In this document: positions 8,440-17,331 of the stretch, one piece after another
How the letters are laid out: every line of letters starts with the position of its first letter
Position numbering within the stretch: position 1 is the stretch's first letter
Virus record (IMG/VR): IMGVR_UViG_3300038673_000807
Span: 1 to 28,007 of that record
Source of the DNA: a virus
Taxonomy: Duplodnaviria; Caudoviricetes
DNA: 28,007 nucleotides
Reading direction: 5' to 3' (one strand)
The notes under the pieces: generated by a model
The model's database searches: none
The model's input: only the letters and a program-made list of their open reading frames with translations
Told to the model about the DNA's origin: nothing
Made by a program: the position numbers and the translations under genes

Positions 8440-11400
8440 GATTAAGAACAATTATTTTTATACTCTGCGCTCTTTTAATATCGTCAACGATCTGTTTCTC
8501 CGCCCCCGATAGCGTTGATAAGTTCTGCGGGTGGAATGATCTGCAAACAGCCAGTCCTAAGGCCGTGCTGGGTAACAATTCTGATGCGTGTGATCCACTA
8601 ATTTTGACTGATGTGGGGGCGTTCGCCGGGGGAAATTATGCTTGGCAATCCTTGCAACCTAACGTTGATAAGTGGATGTTCTGGGTTATACGGGCAAACA
8701 CTGACGATCAAATATTTGTCTGGCCCTCTGATCGGCTTGGGGTAGAGGTGCAAACCAACGGGGACATGGAACTCGAATCGTCCTGGTACGATTACGGGAC
8801 ACCAACAACCAACGAACGCAGCTCCGCGCAGACAATCCCCTGGGGGTCGTATTCCCGGCACGTTGTCGGCGACGCGGATGGGGACGGCATTGTCCAGACA
8901 GGCCTCCAGATCGACAAATACGAGACTGACTGCTCAACCGATCACAGTTCAAGCTGGAGTGGGGAGTATATGACAACAGGGTATATTTATATCGTGTCAG
9001 GCACTCCACGGATTCAAATGTTAGAAAACGACGGGACGACCCTAGAAGTCAACGAGGACATCGGGGATGATGCTATTACTGGCCGTTGGCAGGGGTTCCG
9101 GACCGGGCGCAGTGAGCAGTTTAATAACGTAACGTTCACAGCTGTTACGATTGACAGTGACACAGACACAATTTCTGCCGCGAGTATCCCTGACACGAAT
9201 GATGAGGTGGTGTTCAGGGCTACGACCACGATGCCGACGGGCCTTGACACTTGCACCACTTATTATGTCATTAACGCCGGTGACGGGACGTTCCAGATTT
9301 CAGAAACCAGGGGCGGCAGCGCGTTTAATTTCTCTGACACCGGGACAGACGTCGAATGGGGAGGGACCGGGGAAGTGAGGTTTGTTTGTTCCGGCGGGCC
9401 GTGTGAGTTTTATTTGGACGACGTTACGGTAGCGGAATATGAGTATGGTATGTACACCTATAATTATCCGGACTTGACGACATCCCCCGGTCCCTACTCT
9501 GGGACCGGGAATTATTATACCACTTACAACGAGGGCACGGATGAATACGCTGTTTATCGGGGGTGGCAGAAGGAATATTTCGCGAGTTTAAAGAGATGGG
9601 CCTTCGTTAACCCGATGGACAACTTTCATATCATACGGACCCTCAATAATTACAATGCCAGTCTATCCGACGGGGTGGATTTTAACGGGCTCTCGTTTAA
9701 GGGCAACTGGACGGCCAACCCCAGGGCTCCATTGCTCTCCAGTAACGCGGCTCTGATCTACTTCAACGCAGGATTTAAAGCTATGGGGTGGAACGCCGTT
9801 GGCGCGAATCTGTCCCGATACGATTATGATGACGACTGGAACCCCCCTGTCTATGGCGTCATGCCGCAGATAAGACAGGTGCGGCTTCAAAATGTTAATA
9901 AGGCAGATATCGGGAGGTTAAAGTTTGGGATAAGCAGCTCCACGCACACGATGGACAACCGCTGGCCGGACGTGTTCGACCCACAATGGGCCGAGCATTG
10001 GGAAGATGGGACTATTGCCCGAGATTATATCCTGGGGACGGCTGACGGGGACACCACAAATGGGGAGTTCCGTCAGCAAACGACCCAAAACGCTGTGCAG
10101 TTTGATGTCACTCCGTACATAGACACCGCTTTACAAACGCTCGCAAACCCGTATGTTATCGGATGGGACACGGCGGAAGAACCCGAAGGAATCATGTCAT
10201 ATAACATTATGGGGTATATGATTATGATTTCTCACCCGACAGAGGGGACAAGTTCCACCGACGGAGTTAACGACACAAAAGCGTTTGCCGTTAATTATTT
10301 GAGGGGTTATTACAGTGCAGGGGACGAAGATACGTTTGTGGCTAATATCAGCGAGGATGGGGCTAATCAAATAACAATTCATAGTTCATGGTCTACCGTC
10401 CCTGGGTATGTTTCGGCGGCGAAAGACGCGGCGGCGCTTGCGGCGCTCAACGCATCTTGGGGGACAACATACTCGGGTTGGGAAGAGGTGTATTACGAGG
10501 ACGGGGATGATGATGTTGATAGATATGCGACAGGAAAAGACGCAAATGCCGGGTTTGAAGCGGCCCTGGTTGCCGCAGGCAACTCCGGGTGTGCGTGGGA
10601 TAATGATTCGTTCCGTTGCTCCTGGGATTATCAGACGGCCAGTGAGCAGATCGAGGTTGACCTTGACCATATCCATGCCGGATATGGGCGCTATTGGACA
10701 CAGTTCATCCACCAATATTTTTTTGGTGAAAATGGGCAAATGCACGGGCAGAAGGTTAATTTCGGCCCAGGATTCGATAAGTTTTGGGGCTGGCTGCACG
10801 GGATGAAGTCTAAAGATGAAACGGAATATTACGTTGACCTGTACGCCCCTGGCGGGGCATGGGGCGGCGAGTATGGCGTTTATGAGGACTCGACCCCGGC
10901 TAAACCTAACCGCGTAACTGACTGGATTGAATGGCTGGGGCTCCCGGTATTTTTAGAAACCGGATGGATCAGGTGTGAGCCGGATTCCGCTATGGGGTTC
11001 AAAAACCCGGACGGCACGTCTCGCACAATAGACGCGGTGTACAAGCGCAACGACGCGGACAAAGCCGTGTACATCGGCGGCAGGACGAAGGGGTGGGACT
11101 GCGACGCAACGATATACGCTGACATCGGCGATTACTGCGCCGAAGACGTCGAAGATCACAGAATAACCGAAGATGCGACGGTGTACTGGAATTGCTCGGA
11201 CCCGCTGGACTCTGAAACCTGCGAAGATTCCGGGACATTGTTCTGGCAATTCATCAAGTTAACAGACCAACCGTACAGCAAATATACTTTTTTTAATCGG
11301 TACATTATTATTGCTGACCAGGCGTCAATAGGGAATTTGGATGACAATGATCTCGTTACCGACGGGGTGTCAAAGATGTTCACGATTATTGGGTCCCCTT

Positions 11401-12200
11401 ACCGGGCATCGATGATCGTTGACGAGGGCGCGAATTTTGATACAAACTGGAATAACCCTAACGCACTCGATCACACCAATAATATGTATTCTTTGGTTGA
11501 TGAGGACGATCCGGCCCCGCGCAGATATTACCACCTTGCACATGGGTTTGCTACGGAGCGGTCCCTGATATGTTGGAAGGAGTGGAGCAACGAACCGCCG
11601 GCAGGGTGGAAGGGCTGGAGTGAATCGAGTTTTGTAGGGTTCCGGGATGTCAACCCTGGCGACCATTACCATTTAAACTATATCGGCGTTGATCGCGCTG
11701 AATGGCTTGATATTTATTACGAGACGCTGACACAGGAAGACACCGCAGATATGGTGGTCTATCTGTTTAAACAAGCATTTGGCGATGTGTGGCGGGACTC
11801 TGCCGGTGACCAGCTGCTGATTGGGTTAGCGCACTTTGGGCCGATAGACGACGGATTCAACGACTCCAATTATGGCGGGGACTACGCAGCGACAACCGGC
11901 GCAGAGGTCGCGCAGTTTGGGTACTTGTCAAACAAGTGCAACTGGTACGGGCCTGATCCCACCTTAGAAAGCCCAACCGTGTTAATCGAGGCCACACGTT
12001 TGGGTAGGGACGGAATAGCGGAAACGCAGGATGATGAGGTGGGGGACTACGGGGACAGAGTTTCTGGGGTGAAGGAGTTCTTTACTACGATATATCAATG
12101 GATGGCTGAAGGGTATGAGGAGGAAGAGGAGGAAGACCTAGAGTGGTCCGGGGTGATTATTGACGGGACAATCTTGCAAAAAACAATACTGGGGAATTAA
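8436..12200 (+). CDS. Large secreted multidomain protein with putative GH-A clan (GH50/beta-agarase-like) glycoside hydrolase region
   Basis: Signal peptide MRLRTIIFILCALLISSTICFS-A. Ordered motifs RWAFVNP, MGWNAVG, WPDVFDPQW, NPYVIGWDTAEEP, LNASWGTTYSGW, PVFLE and LIGLAHFGPIDD; very acidic. Confidence 0.6.
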   Translation: MRLRTIIFILCALLISSTICFSAPDSVDKFCGWNDLQTASPKAVLGNNSDACDPLILTDVGAFAGGNYAWQSLQPNVDKWMFWVIRANTDDQIFVWPSDRLGVEVQTNGDMELESSWYDYGTPTTNERSSAQTIPWGSYSRHVVGDADGDGIVQTGLQIDKYETDCSTDHSSSWSGEYMTTGYIYIVSGTPRIQMLENDGTTLEVNEDIGDDAITGRWQGFRTGRSEQFNNVTFTAVTIDSDTDTISAASIPDTNDEVVFRATTTMPTGLDTCTTYYVINAGDGTFQISETRGGSAFNFSDTGTDVEWGGTGEVRFVCSGGPCEFYLDDVTVAEYEYGMYTYNYPDLTTSPGPYSGTGNYYTTYNEGTDEYAVYRGWQKEYFASLKRWAFVNPMDNFHIIRTLNNYNASLSDGVDFNGLSFKGNWTANPRAPLLSSNAALIYFNAGFKAMGWNAVGANLSRYDYDDDWNPPVYGVMPQIRQVRLQNVNKADIGRLKFGISSSTHTMDNRWPDVFDPQWAEHWEDGTIARDYILGTADGDTTNGEFRQQTTQNAVQFDVTPYIDTALQTLANPYVIGWDTAEEPEGIMSYNIMGYMIMISHPTEGTSSTDGVNDTKAFAVNYLRGYYSAGDEDTFVANISEDGANQITIHSSWSTVPGYVSAAKDAAALAALNASWGTTYSGWEEVYYEDGDDDVDRYATGKDANAGFEAALVAAGNSGCAWDNDSFRCSWDYQTASEQIEVDLDHIHAGYGRYWTQFIHQYFFGENGQMHGQKVNFGPGFDKFWGWLHGMKSKDETEYYVDLYAPGGAWGGEYGVYEDSTPAKPNRVTDWIEWLGLPVFLETGWIRCEPDSAMGFKNPDGTSRTIDAVYKRNDADKAVYIGGRTKGWDCDATIYADIGDYCAEDVEDHRITEDATVYWNCSDPLDSETCEDSGTLFWQFIKLTDQPYSKYTFFNRYIIIADQASIGNLDDNDLVTDGVSKMFTIIGSPYRASMIVDEGANFDTNWNNPNALDHTNNMYSLVDEDDPAPRRYYHLAHGFATERSLICWKEWSNEPPAGWKGWSESSFVGFRDVNPGDHYHLNYIGVDRAEWLDIYYETLTQEDTADMVVYLFKQAFGDVWRDSAGDQLLIGLAHFGPIDDGFNDSNYGGDYAATTGAEVAQFGYLSNKCNWYGPDPTLESPTVLIEATRLGRDGIAETQDDEVGDYGDRVSGVKEFFTTIYQWMAEGYEEEEEEDLEWSGVIIDGTILQKTILGN

Positions 12201-12307
12201 TGGGCGGATCGGTGGATCATAAATGTTTACTACGAACTTGCACCGAAGAAGTCATTTGGTGGCGTCATAATCAGTGGCGCAGTCATGTAATAACATAAGG
12301 AGCCGAA

Positions 12308-13360
12308 ATGAAAAAGAAGCTTTTTGTGATTATGATCTTATTGTTTTGTTCAGTTCCGCCAGCTGATGCATTGGTAAGAAATATCCAAGATAACTATCAA
12401 CTGATATATACGATTTTGGATGTTTATGGTGATCCCGTAGAATCGGAAACGGTTACTATTAAAATCAAACGCATGTCAGATGGATATTGGCTTGATTTTA
12501 ATGACTCAACATTTAAGGCGTCTGGATGGACAAGCAAATCAACTACTTTGTCCGAAGATACTACGGAAGGATATTATTATTATACTTTTGATCCTCCTTC
12601 CAGTGAAACCGGGGCAGAAGAATATATTTTTCTGGTTGATAATGCCAGTGCTACTTATGGCGATCATCAGAGTCTAGTAATTTCCTATCAAAATATTGGT
12701 ACAGCAGTAGATACAGACATTGACTCTCAACTCGCTACTATTCAGGCTGACCTCGATAATCCGAGTCAATACAAAGCTGATGTTTCCGGACTGGCAACCG
12801 CATCTGCTTTGGCGACTACACAGGCGGATCTAGATAACCCAGATCAATACAAAGCGACAGGATTTTCAACGCATAGCGTATCCGACATCGTTACTGCTAT
12901 GCAAGCAGTGTCTGATGATTTTAAAGCTGATGGTGCCGGGTTAGCGACTGCTGCCGCCTTGGCGACCTCACAGACTGACCTCGATAATCCGAGTCAATAC
13001 AAAGCAACCGGATTCAGCACCCATTCAGCAGCGGATATTTGGGCAGTCGCCACCAGAGAGATTACCGGAGGGACTATTACAACGGTAAGCGATAAGACCG
13101 GATATTCTTTAAGTTCGGCCGGCATCGATGCCATCTGGGATGAAGTGCAGAGCGGGCATAGTTCATCTGGGACTTTTGGGTATTACCTCGATAGCCAGGT
13201 TAGTGCAGCTGGCGGGGATCCGTGGAATACTAGTTTGCCTGGGGCGTATACAGGAACTCAGGCCGGGAAGTTGTTGTCAGATATTTATGACGCCACTGAT
13301 GGCAATATGGAAAGCGGCAGTTATACCGGTGTTGAGAATTTGATTAGGAGAAATCGATAG
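12308..13360 (+). CDS. Signal-peptide protein with Ig-like N-terminus and repeated stalk, putative fibre/collar protein
   Basis: SD AAGGAG; N-terminus MKKKLFVIMILLFCSVPPADA-L; three LATxQxDLDNPxQYKA repeats, then ADIW / DAIWDE / GDPW motifs. Confidence 0.7.
   Translation: MKKKLFVIMILLFCSVPPADALVRNIQDNYQLIYTILDVYGDPVESETVTIKIKRMSDGYWLDFNDSTFKASGWTSKSTTLSEDTTEGYYYYTFDPPSSETGAEEYIFLVDNASATYGDHQSLVISYQNIGTAVDTDIDSQLATIQADLDNPSQYKADVSGLATASALATTQADLDNPDQYKATGFSTHSVSDIVTAMQAVSDDFKADGAGLATAAALATSQTDLDNPSQYKATGFSTHSAADIWAVATREITGGTITTVSDKTGYSLSSAGIDAIWDEVQSGHSSSGTFGYYLDSQVSAAGGDPWNTSLPGAYTGTQAGKLLSDIYDATDGNMESGSYTGVENLIRRNR
12747..13005 (+). repeat. Intragenic direct repeats
   Basis: Exact 31-nt CTGACCTCGATAATCCGAGTCAATACAAAGC at 12747-12777 and 12975-13005, with a diverged copy near 12825-12855. 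Confidence 0.85.
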
Positions 13361-14103
13361 TGAGCGTAAAAAATATTATTCAGATAACATTAAACGAGCC
13401 GTTTAATGCGACGATCTTTATCCCGGATTCATCCTTAGGAGAAACAGTAACGTATCGGATTATTCGGGCAATCTCGGGAGATATTTTTGCTTCTGGAAAT
13501 GCGACGTTCCTCGGAGGCAATCAATGGAAGGTCCGATTTACCCCTAACATAGCTGATGTGTATATTGTGGAGGTTTCCTGGGGAGACATCAAGTACACAC
13601 GAATATTTAGTACGCAGACGTCACCTACTGTTAATCAGTTGTATACGATGGTTGTCGCTATCCCCGATTCTCAATCTGGCGATTCTGTCGCGTATGTGCT
13701 TTATCGCGCATCTGATGGGCAGGCTTTATTGTCTGGAGTGATGACACATGTCACAGGGATCCATTGGAAAACATCATTTTCCCCGGCGTCTGCCGGAACC
13801 TTTACTCTCGAGGTGACAGATTCAACTCTTAGTGTTGTTCACTCTGTCGAGGTCGTTGTTGCTGCCGTTACCGTAGTTACGACAGCTGCAATAACAGCCG
13901 CTACTTTATTGGCGCAGGTGAATTCCGCTATAAATGCCCGGATGAGCGGAGGCGCTGTCCATTCGTATACTATGCCGGGCGGGCGGAATCTGCAGTACAT
14001 TCCATTGGCGGAGTTGTTGCAATTGCGAACACAATTACAGTTGGAAGTTACTAACGCATCGGGTGGGGCGAGAAGTTACGCTCAATTTGTAGATCCGATA
14101 TAA
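13360..14103 (+). CDS. gpW-like head completion protein fused to two tandem Ig-like domains
   Basis: The C-terminal LAQVNSAINARMSGGAVHSYTMPGGRNLQYIPLAELLQLR is gpW-like and lies directly before the portal. Two repeats of IPDS..G..V.Y...RA..G....SG......G..WK..F.P precede it. Confidence 0.7.
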   Translation: MSVKNIIQITLNEPFNATIFIPDSSLGETVTYRIIRAISGDIFASGNATFLGGNQWKVRFTPNIADVYIVEVSWGDIKYTRIFSTQTSPTVNQLYTMVVAIPDSQSGDSVAYVLYRASDGQALLSGVMTHVTGIHWKTSFSPASAGTFTLEVTDSTLSVVHSVEVVVAAVTVVTTAAITAATLLAQVNSAINARMSGGAVHSYTMPGGRNLQYIPLAELLQLRTQLQLEVTNASGGARSYAQFVDPI

Positions 14104-14118
14104 AAAAATGAGGTATTG

Positions 14119-15756
14119 ATGAAAAAAAATACACGAGAATATAAGTTATCTGCAGGAGATAGGATCGGAGAAGCATTTGACCGTTTTGTAGGTATATTTT
14201 CTCCGGAAAAGGCCATGAAAAGGCAATTCTTTCGTAGATCCATGATGGCTGCATCGTCATACCGATCGGCAGATAGTAAACGGATCCGGGGGAGCTGGAT
14301 CCCTGGTGGCGGGTCAGCTGATGCTGATCTGTTGCCAAACTTGTCGATTTTGCGGGAACGCAGCCGGGATTTGAACCGTAATGATCCGCATGCATCAGGA
14401 ATCACGTCTACGGTAACAATCAATTCCATCGGCACCGGGATTCGGCCACAAAGCCGGGTTGATCATAAATATATTGGGATTGAGGAAAGTAAGGCCGTTG
14501 AATTTCAACGTGCGGCCGAGCGGGCATGGCGCAAGTGGGTGCCGGTGGCCGATGCTGGGCAGAGGTTAGATTTTTACGCGATGCAGGCATTGATCGATCG
14601 GCAAATTTTAGAAAATGGGGAGGCTATTATTATCCCGGTCGCGATTAAAAGAAGTTTTACTCCGTATTTATTGGCACTGCAATGTATTGAAGCGGACCGG
14701 TTAGGAACACCGTCGGATAAGCGCGGTGATAAAAATATTCGGGATGGTGTTGAGATCGGCCAATATGGGGAGCCGGTTGCGTATTATATCCGTAAGACTC
14801 ACCCGGGAGATTGGCAATACAATAAATATAATTCGGACTCAGCACAATATGTCCGGTATCCGGCGCGTAATGAATTGGGACGGTTGAATGTGATCCATCT
14901 CTATGAGGTTAAACGTCCGGGACAAACCCGCGGAGAACCGTTTTTTGCGGCAGTTATGAACTACTTTAAGGATAAGGCCGAATATATGGAAGCGGAATTA
15001 GTAACGGCTAAAGTTGCCGCATGCTTTTCAGCGGTTGTTAAGAAAACTGATCCCTTGGGTGCGGCTATGGTCGGCAGAACTACAGTAGGTGCCGACAATA
15101 AACGGCTAGAAACCCTGGAACCGGGGACGTTTGAATATTTGCAGCCAGGGGAAGATATCACACAGATTAATCCGGCCAGACAGGGGAATACTTTCGAACC
15201 GTTTATTGAGACTATTTTACGGGCGATTTCTGCCGGATTGAATCTTCCTTATGAGGTTGTGGCTAAAGATTTTAGCCGGACAAATTACAGCTCTGCCCGG
15301 GCAGCATTGCTGGAGGCGCGAAGATATTTTCGGACACGGCAGGAATTTATGGGTAGACGGTTTTGTCAGCCGGTTTGGGAGATGCAGGTAGAGGAGGCGT
15401 ATTTGATGGGTGAATTACCGATTTTGGATTTTTATAAAAATCGGTCGGATTATACTACAGCGAGGTGGATCTCTCCGGGCTGGGGGTGGGTAGATCCGAC
15501 CAAAGAAGTTGATGCGGCTCGTAGCGCGGTTGAAGGGCATCTGTCAACTTTGGCCGATGAGACTGCAGCTTTGGGGTATGACTGGGAGGAAACATTAGAA
15601 CAGCTGGCCCGGGAGGAGAAGAAGAAAAAAGAGCTGGGACTGGAATCTAAACCACTAGCTAAATCCGGATCGAAGGACCCTAATAATCAGGAAAAAGAAG
15701 AGCCCGTGCCGGCTCGTCAGCGTCCGGCACCTAAAACCGAGGAAATATTATTATAA
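14119..15756 (+). CDS. Portal protein, lambda family
   Basis: LRERSRDLNRND, IEADRL, GVEIGQYGEPVAYYI, RPGQTRGEP, NYSSARAALLE and WVDPTKEV. Confidence 0.95.
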   Translation: MKKNTREYKLSAGDRIGEAFDRFVGIFSPEKAMKRQFFRRSMMAASSYRSADSKRIRGSWIPGGGSADADLLPNLSILRERSRDLNRNDPHASGITSTVTINSIGTGIRPQSRVDHKYIGIEESKAVEFQRAAERAWRKWVPVADAGQRLDFYAMQALIDRQILENGEAIIIPVAIKRSFTPYLLALQCIEADRLGTPSDKRGDKNIRDGVEIGQYGEPVAYYIRKTHPGDWQYNKYNSDSAQYVRYPARNELGRLNVIHLYEVKRPGQTRGEPFFAAVMNYFKDKAEYMEAELVTAKVAACFSAVVKKTDPLGAAMVGRTTVGADNKRLETLEPGTFEYLQPGEDITQINPARQGNTFEPFIETILRAISAGLNLPYEVVAKDFSRTNYSSARAALLEARRYFRTRQEFMGRRFCQPVWEMQVEEAYLMGELPILDFYKNRSDYTTARWISPGWGWVDPTKEVDAARSAVEGHLSTLADETAALGYDWEETLEQLAREEKKKKELGLESKPLAKSGSKDPNNQEKEEPVPARQRPAPKTEEILL

Positions 15757-15814
15757 GATAACAATTTTAAACCCGCTGTCAGGGTCGCTCCCTGATGGCG
15801 CCCGATAGTTGTTT

Positions 15815-15855
15815 AAAGCCCTCTTCCGTTGCAACGGGCGGAAGAGGGCTTTTTT
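15815..15855 (+). terminator. Intrinsic terminator-like hairpin between portal and protease
   Basis: AAAGCCCTCTTCCG / CGGAAGAGGGCTTT stem followed by a T run. Confidence 0.65.
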
Positions 15856-15882
15856 ATTGGGGAAAGAAATGAAGGAGCGACG

Positions 15883-17280
15883 ATGAAAAGAATAGATGAA
15901 TTGTTTTTCTGCCGGCCCTGGGCAGTGAAAGAAGATTATTTGCAGACTATATCTTCAATTGTGGAAAGGCATTTGCGTGGAGAAAAGCTAAGTTCCGATG
16001 AGATTATTGGCAAAATTGATACCGGCAAGAAGGAGAAACCCGGGTATTCCGTCGTTGATGGTACGGCTATTGTTCCTGTTTATGGTGTTATCTCCAAAAG
16101 AATGAGTTCTCTCGGATGGGTTTCACAGAGAGGAACGTCTGTCCAAGAAGTCAGGAATAACTTAAAAGACGCTCTGGAAGACGCCGCTGTCAGCCAGATC
16201 ATTCTCGATATTGACAGCCCTGGCGGCAGTTCCGATGGAGTATTGGAGCTATCAGATTTTATTTTTAATTCTCGCGGGAAAAAACCAATCTTGGCGTATG
16301 CGGACGGGCTGATGGCATCGGCCGCATATTGGATCGGGTCGGCCGCAGACAAAGTGTATGCCACCAGGAGCACCGATGTCGGGTCGATTGGTGTGTACAC
16401 AGTTATCACTGACTGGACGGTATGGAATCACAATCAAGGGCTGAAAACGGAAGTAATTCGTGCTGGCCGGCATAAAGCCGTTGGGCACCCGGATCGGCCG
16501 TTTTCGGAAGAGGACCGGGTTTTGGTGCAATCCGAGGTGAACGAGGTTTACGACTTGTTTGTAGAGGCTGTGGCGCGGAACCGTGGCATGAATCTGGATG
16601 ATGTGCTGGCTATCGCCACTGGCCGCACGTTTATTGGCCAGAAAGCTCTTGAGGTCGGGTTGATCGATGGGATCGATGAGTTGGATAACGTTCTTGTGGG
16701 GTCTCCGGATAGTAAAAAAACGCAGGCTGCAGCATCGGCCGCCGGGGTTGACATAAATTCAAATCATAAAGAGGGGACATTAGAAGAGGAGGAACCAAAC
16801 ATGGCGAAGATAACAAAGGAATCATTGAAGGCCGAGAACCCTGAGTTGGCCGCGGAATTGACCGAGGAGGGACGTAAGGCCGGGCATTCTGCAGGTTTTG
16901 CGGAGGGGAAAGCGGCCGGGATCGAAGAAGGTAAGAAAGCCGGGGTTGAGGAAGGCAAGAAAGCCGGAGTGACCGATGAACGCGTCCGGGTTAAGGGGAT
17001 CATCGAGAACAGCAAGATTATCCCCGGCAGTGAAGCTTTAGTGGAGGAAGCCATCTCGTCCGGAGAAAGCGCGGATGCGTCATTGGTGAGATTTAAAAAT
17101 AATCGGCTGCAGTCAATCCAAAAGACTGCGCCGGAAACTCCGGGGCCCAGCGATTCTCAAACGGACGTGCATAAAGATCATGTGACTCGTGCGGAGGAGT
17201 ATCAGAAGGAGCACAAGTGCTCGTTCATTGAAGCTATGCGGGCAACGGCCCCTAAACGTGCGCCAGTTCAAGCGGCTTAA
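15883..17280 (+). CDS. S49 (SppA-like) head maturation protease with C-terminal scaffold, gpC-like
   Basis: LDIDSPGG, MASAAYWIGS, VGSIGVY and FVEAVARNRG. Start moved to ATG 15883, which has SD AAGGAG. Confidence 0.92.
   Translation: MKRIDELFFCRPWAVKEDYLQTISSIVERHLRGEKLSSDEIIGKIDTGKKEKPGYSVVDGTAIVPVYGVISKRMSSLGWVSQRGTSVQEVRNNLKDALEDAAVSQIILDIDSPGGSSDGVLELSDFIFNSRGKKPILAYADGLMASAAYWIGSAADKVYATRSTDVGSIGVYTVITDWTVWNHNQGLKTEVIRAGRHKAVGHPDRPFSEEDRVLVQSEVNEVYDLFVEAVARNRGMNLDDVLAIATGRTFIGQKALEVGLIDGIDELDNVLVGSPDSKKTQAAASAAGVDINSNHKEGTLEEEEPNMAKITKESLKAENPELAAELTEEGRKAGHSAGFAEGKAAGIEEGKKAGVEEGKKAGVTDERVRVKGIIENSKIIPGSEALVEEAISSGESADASLVRFKNNRLQSIQKTAPETPGPSDSQTDVHKDHVTRAEEYQKEHKCSFIEAMRATAPKRAPVQAA
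16801..17280 (+). CDS. Putative nested in-frame scaffold protein (Nu3-like)
   Basis: Internal SD GAGGAGG 8 nt before in-frame ATG 16801; helical EEGKKAG repeats and ERVRVKGI. Confidence 0.6.
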   Translation: MAKITKESLKAENPELAAELTEEGRKAGHSAGFAEGKAAGIEEGKKAGVEEGKKAGVTDERVRVKGIIENSKIIPGSEALVEEAISSGESADASLVRFKNNRLQSIQKTAPETPGPSDSQTDVHKDHVTRAEEYQKEHKCSFIEAMRATAPKRAPVQAA

Positions 17281-17331
17281 GTTTTTGAATGTAAATTAAA
17301 AGAATTTTAACTGAATAGGGAGGATCAAAAG

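Noticed and set aside
6447-13360. Secreted proteins as the DGR target
   Set aside because: None ends in an AW-x-V-x-F...VRxVR variable region and I saw no TR-like nucleotide match (manual scan only).
15829-15882. N-terminal extension of the protease from TTG 15829
   Set aside because: It starts inside the terminator-like hairpin; ATG 15883 has a proper SD.
16880-16980. EEGKKAG repeats as a FliH-like protein or mobile repeat
   Set aside because: Low-complexity helical repeats are expected in a scaffold region.
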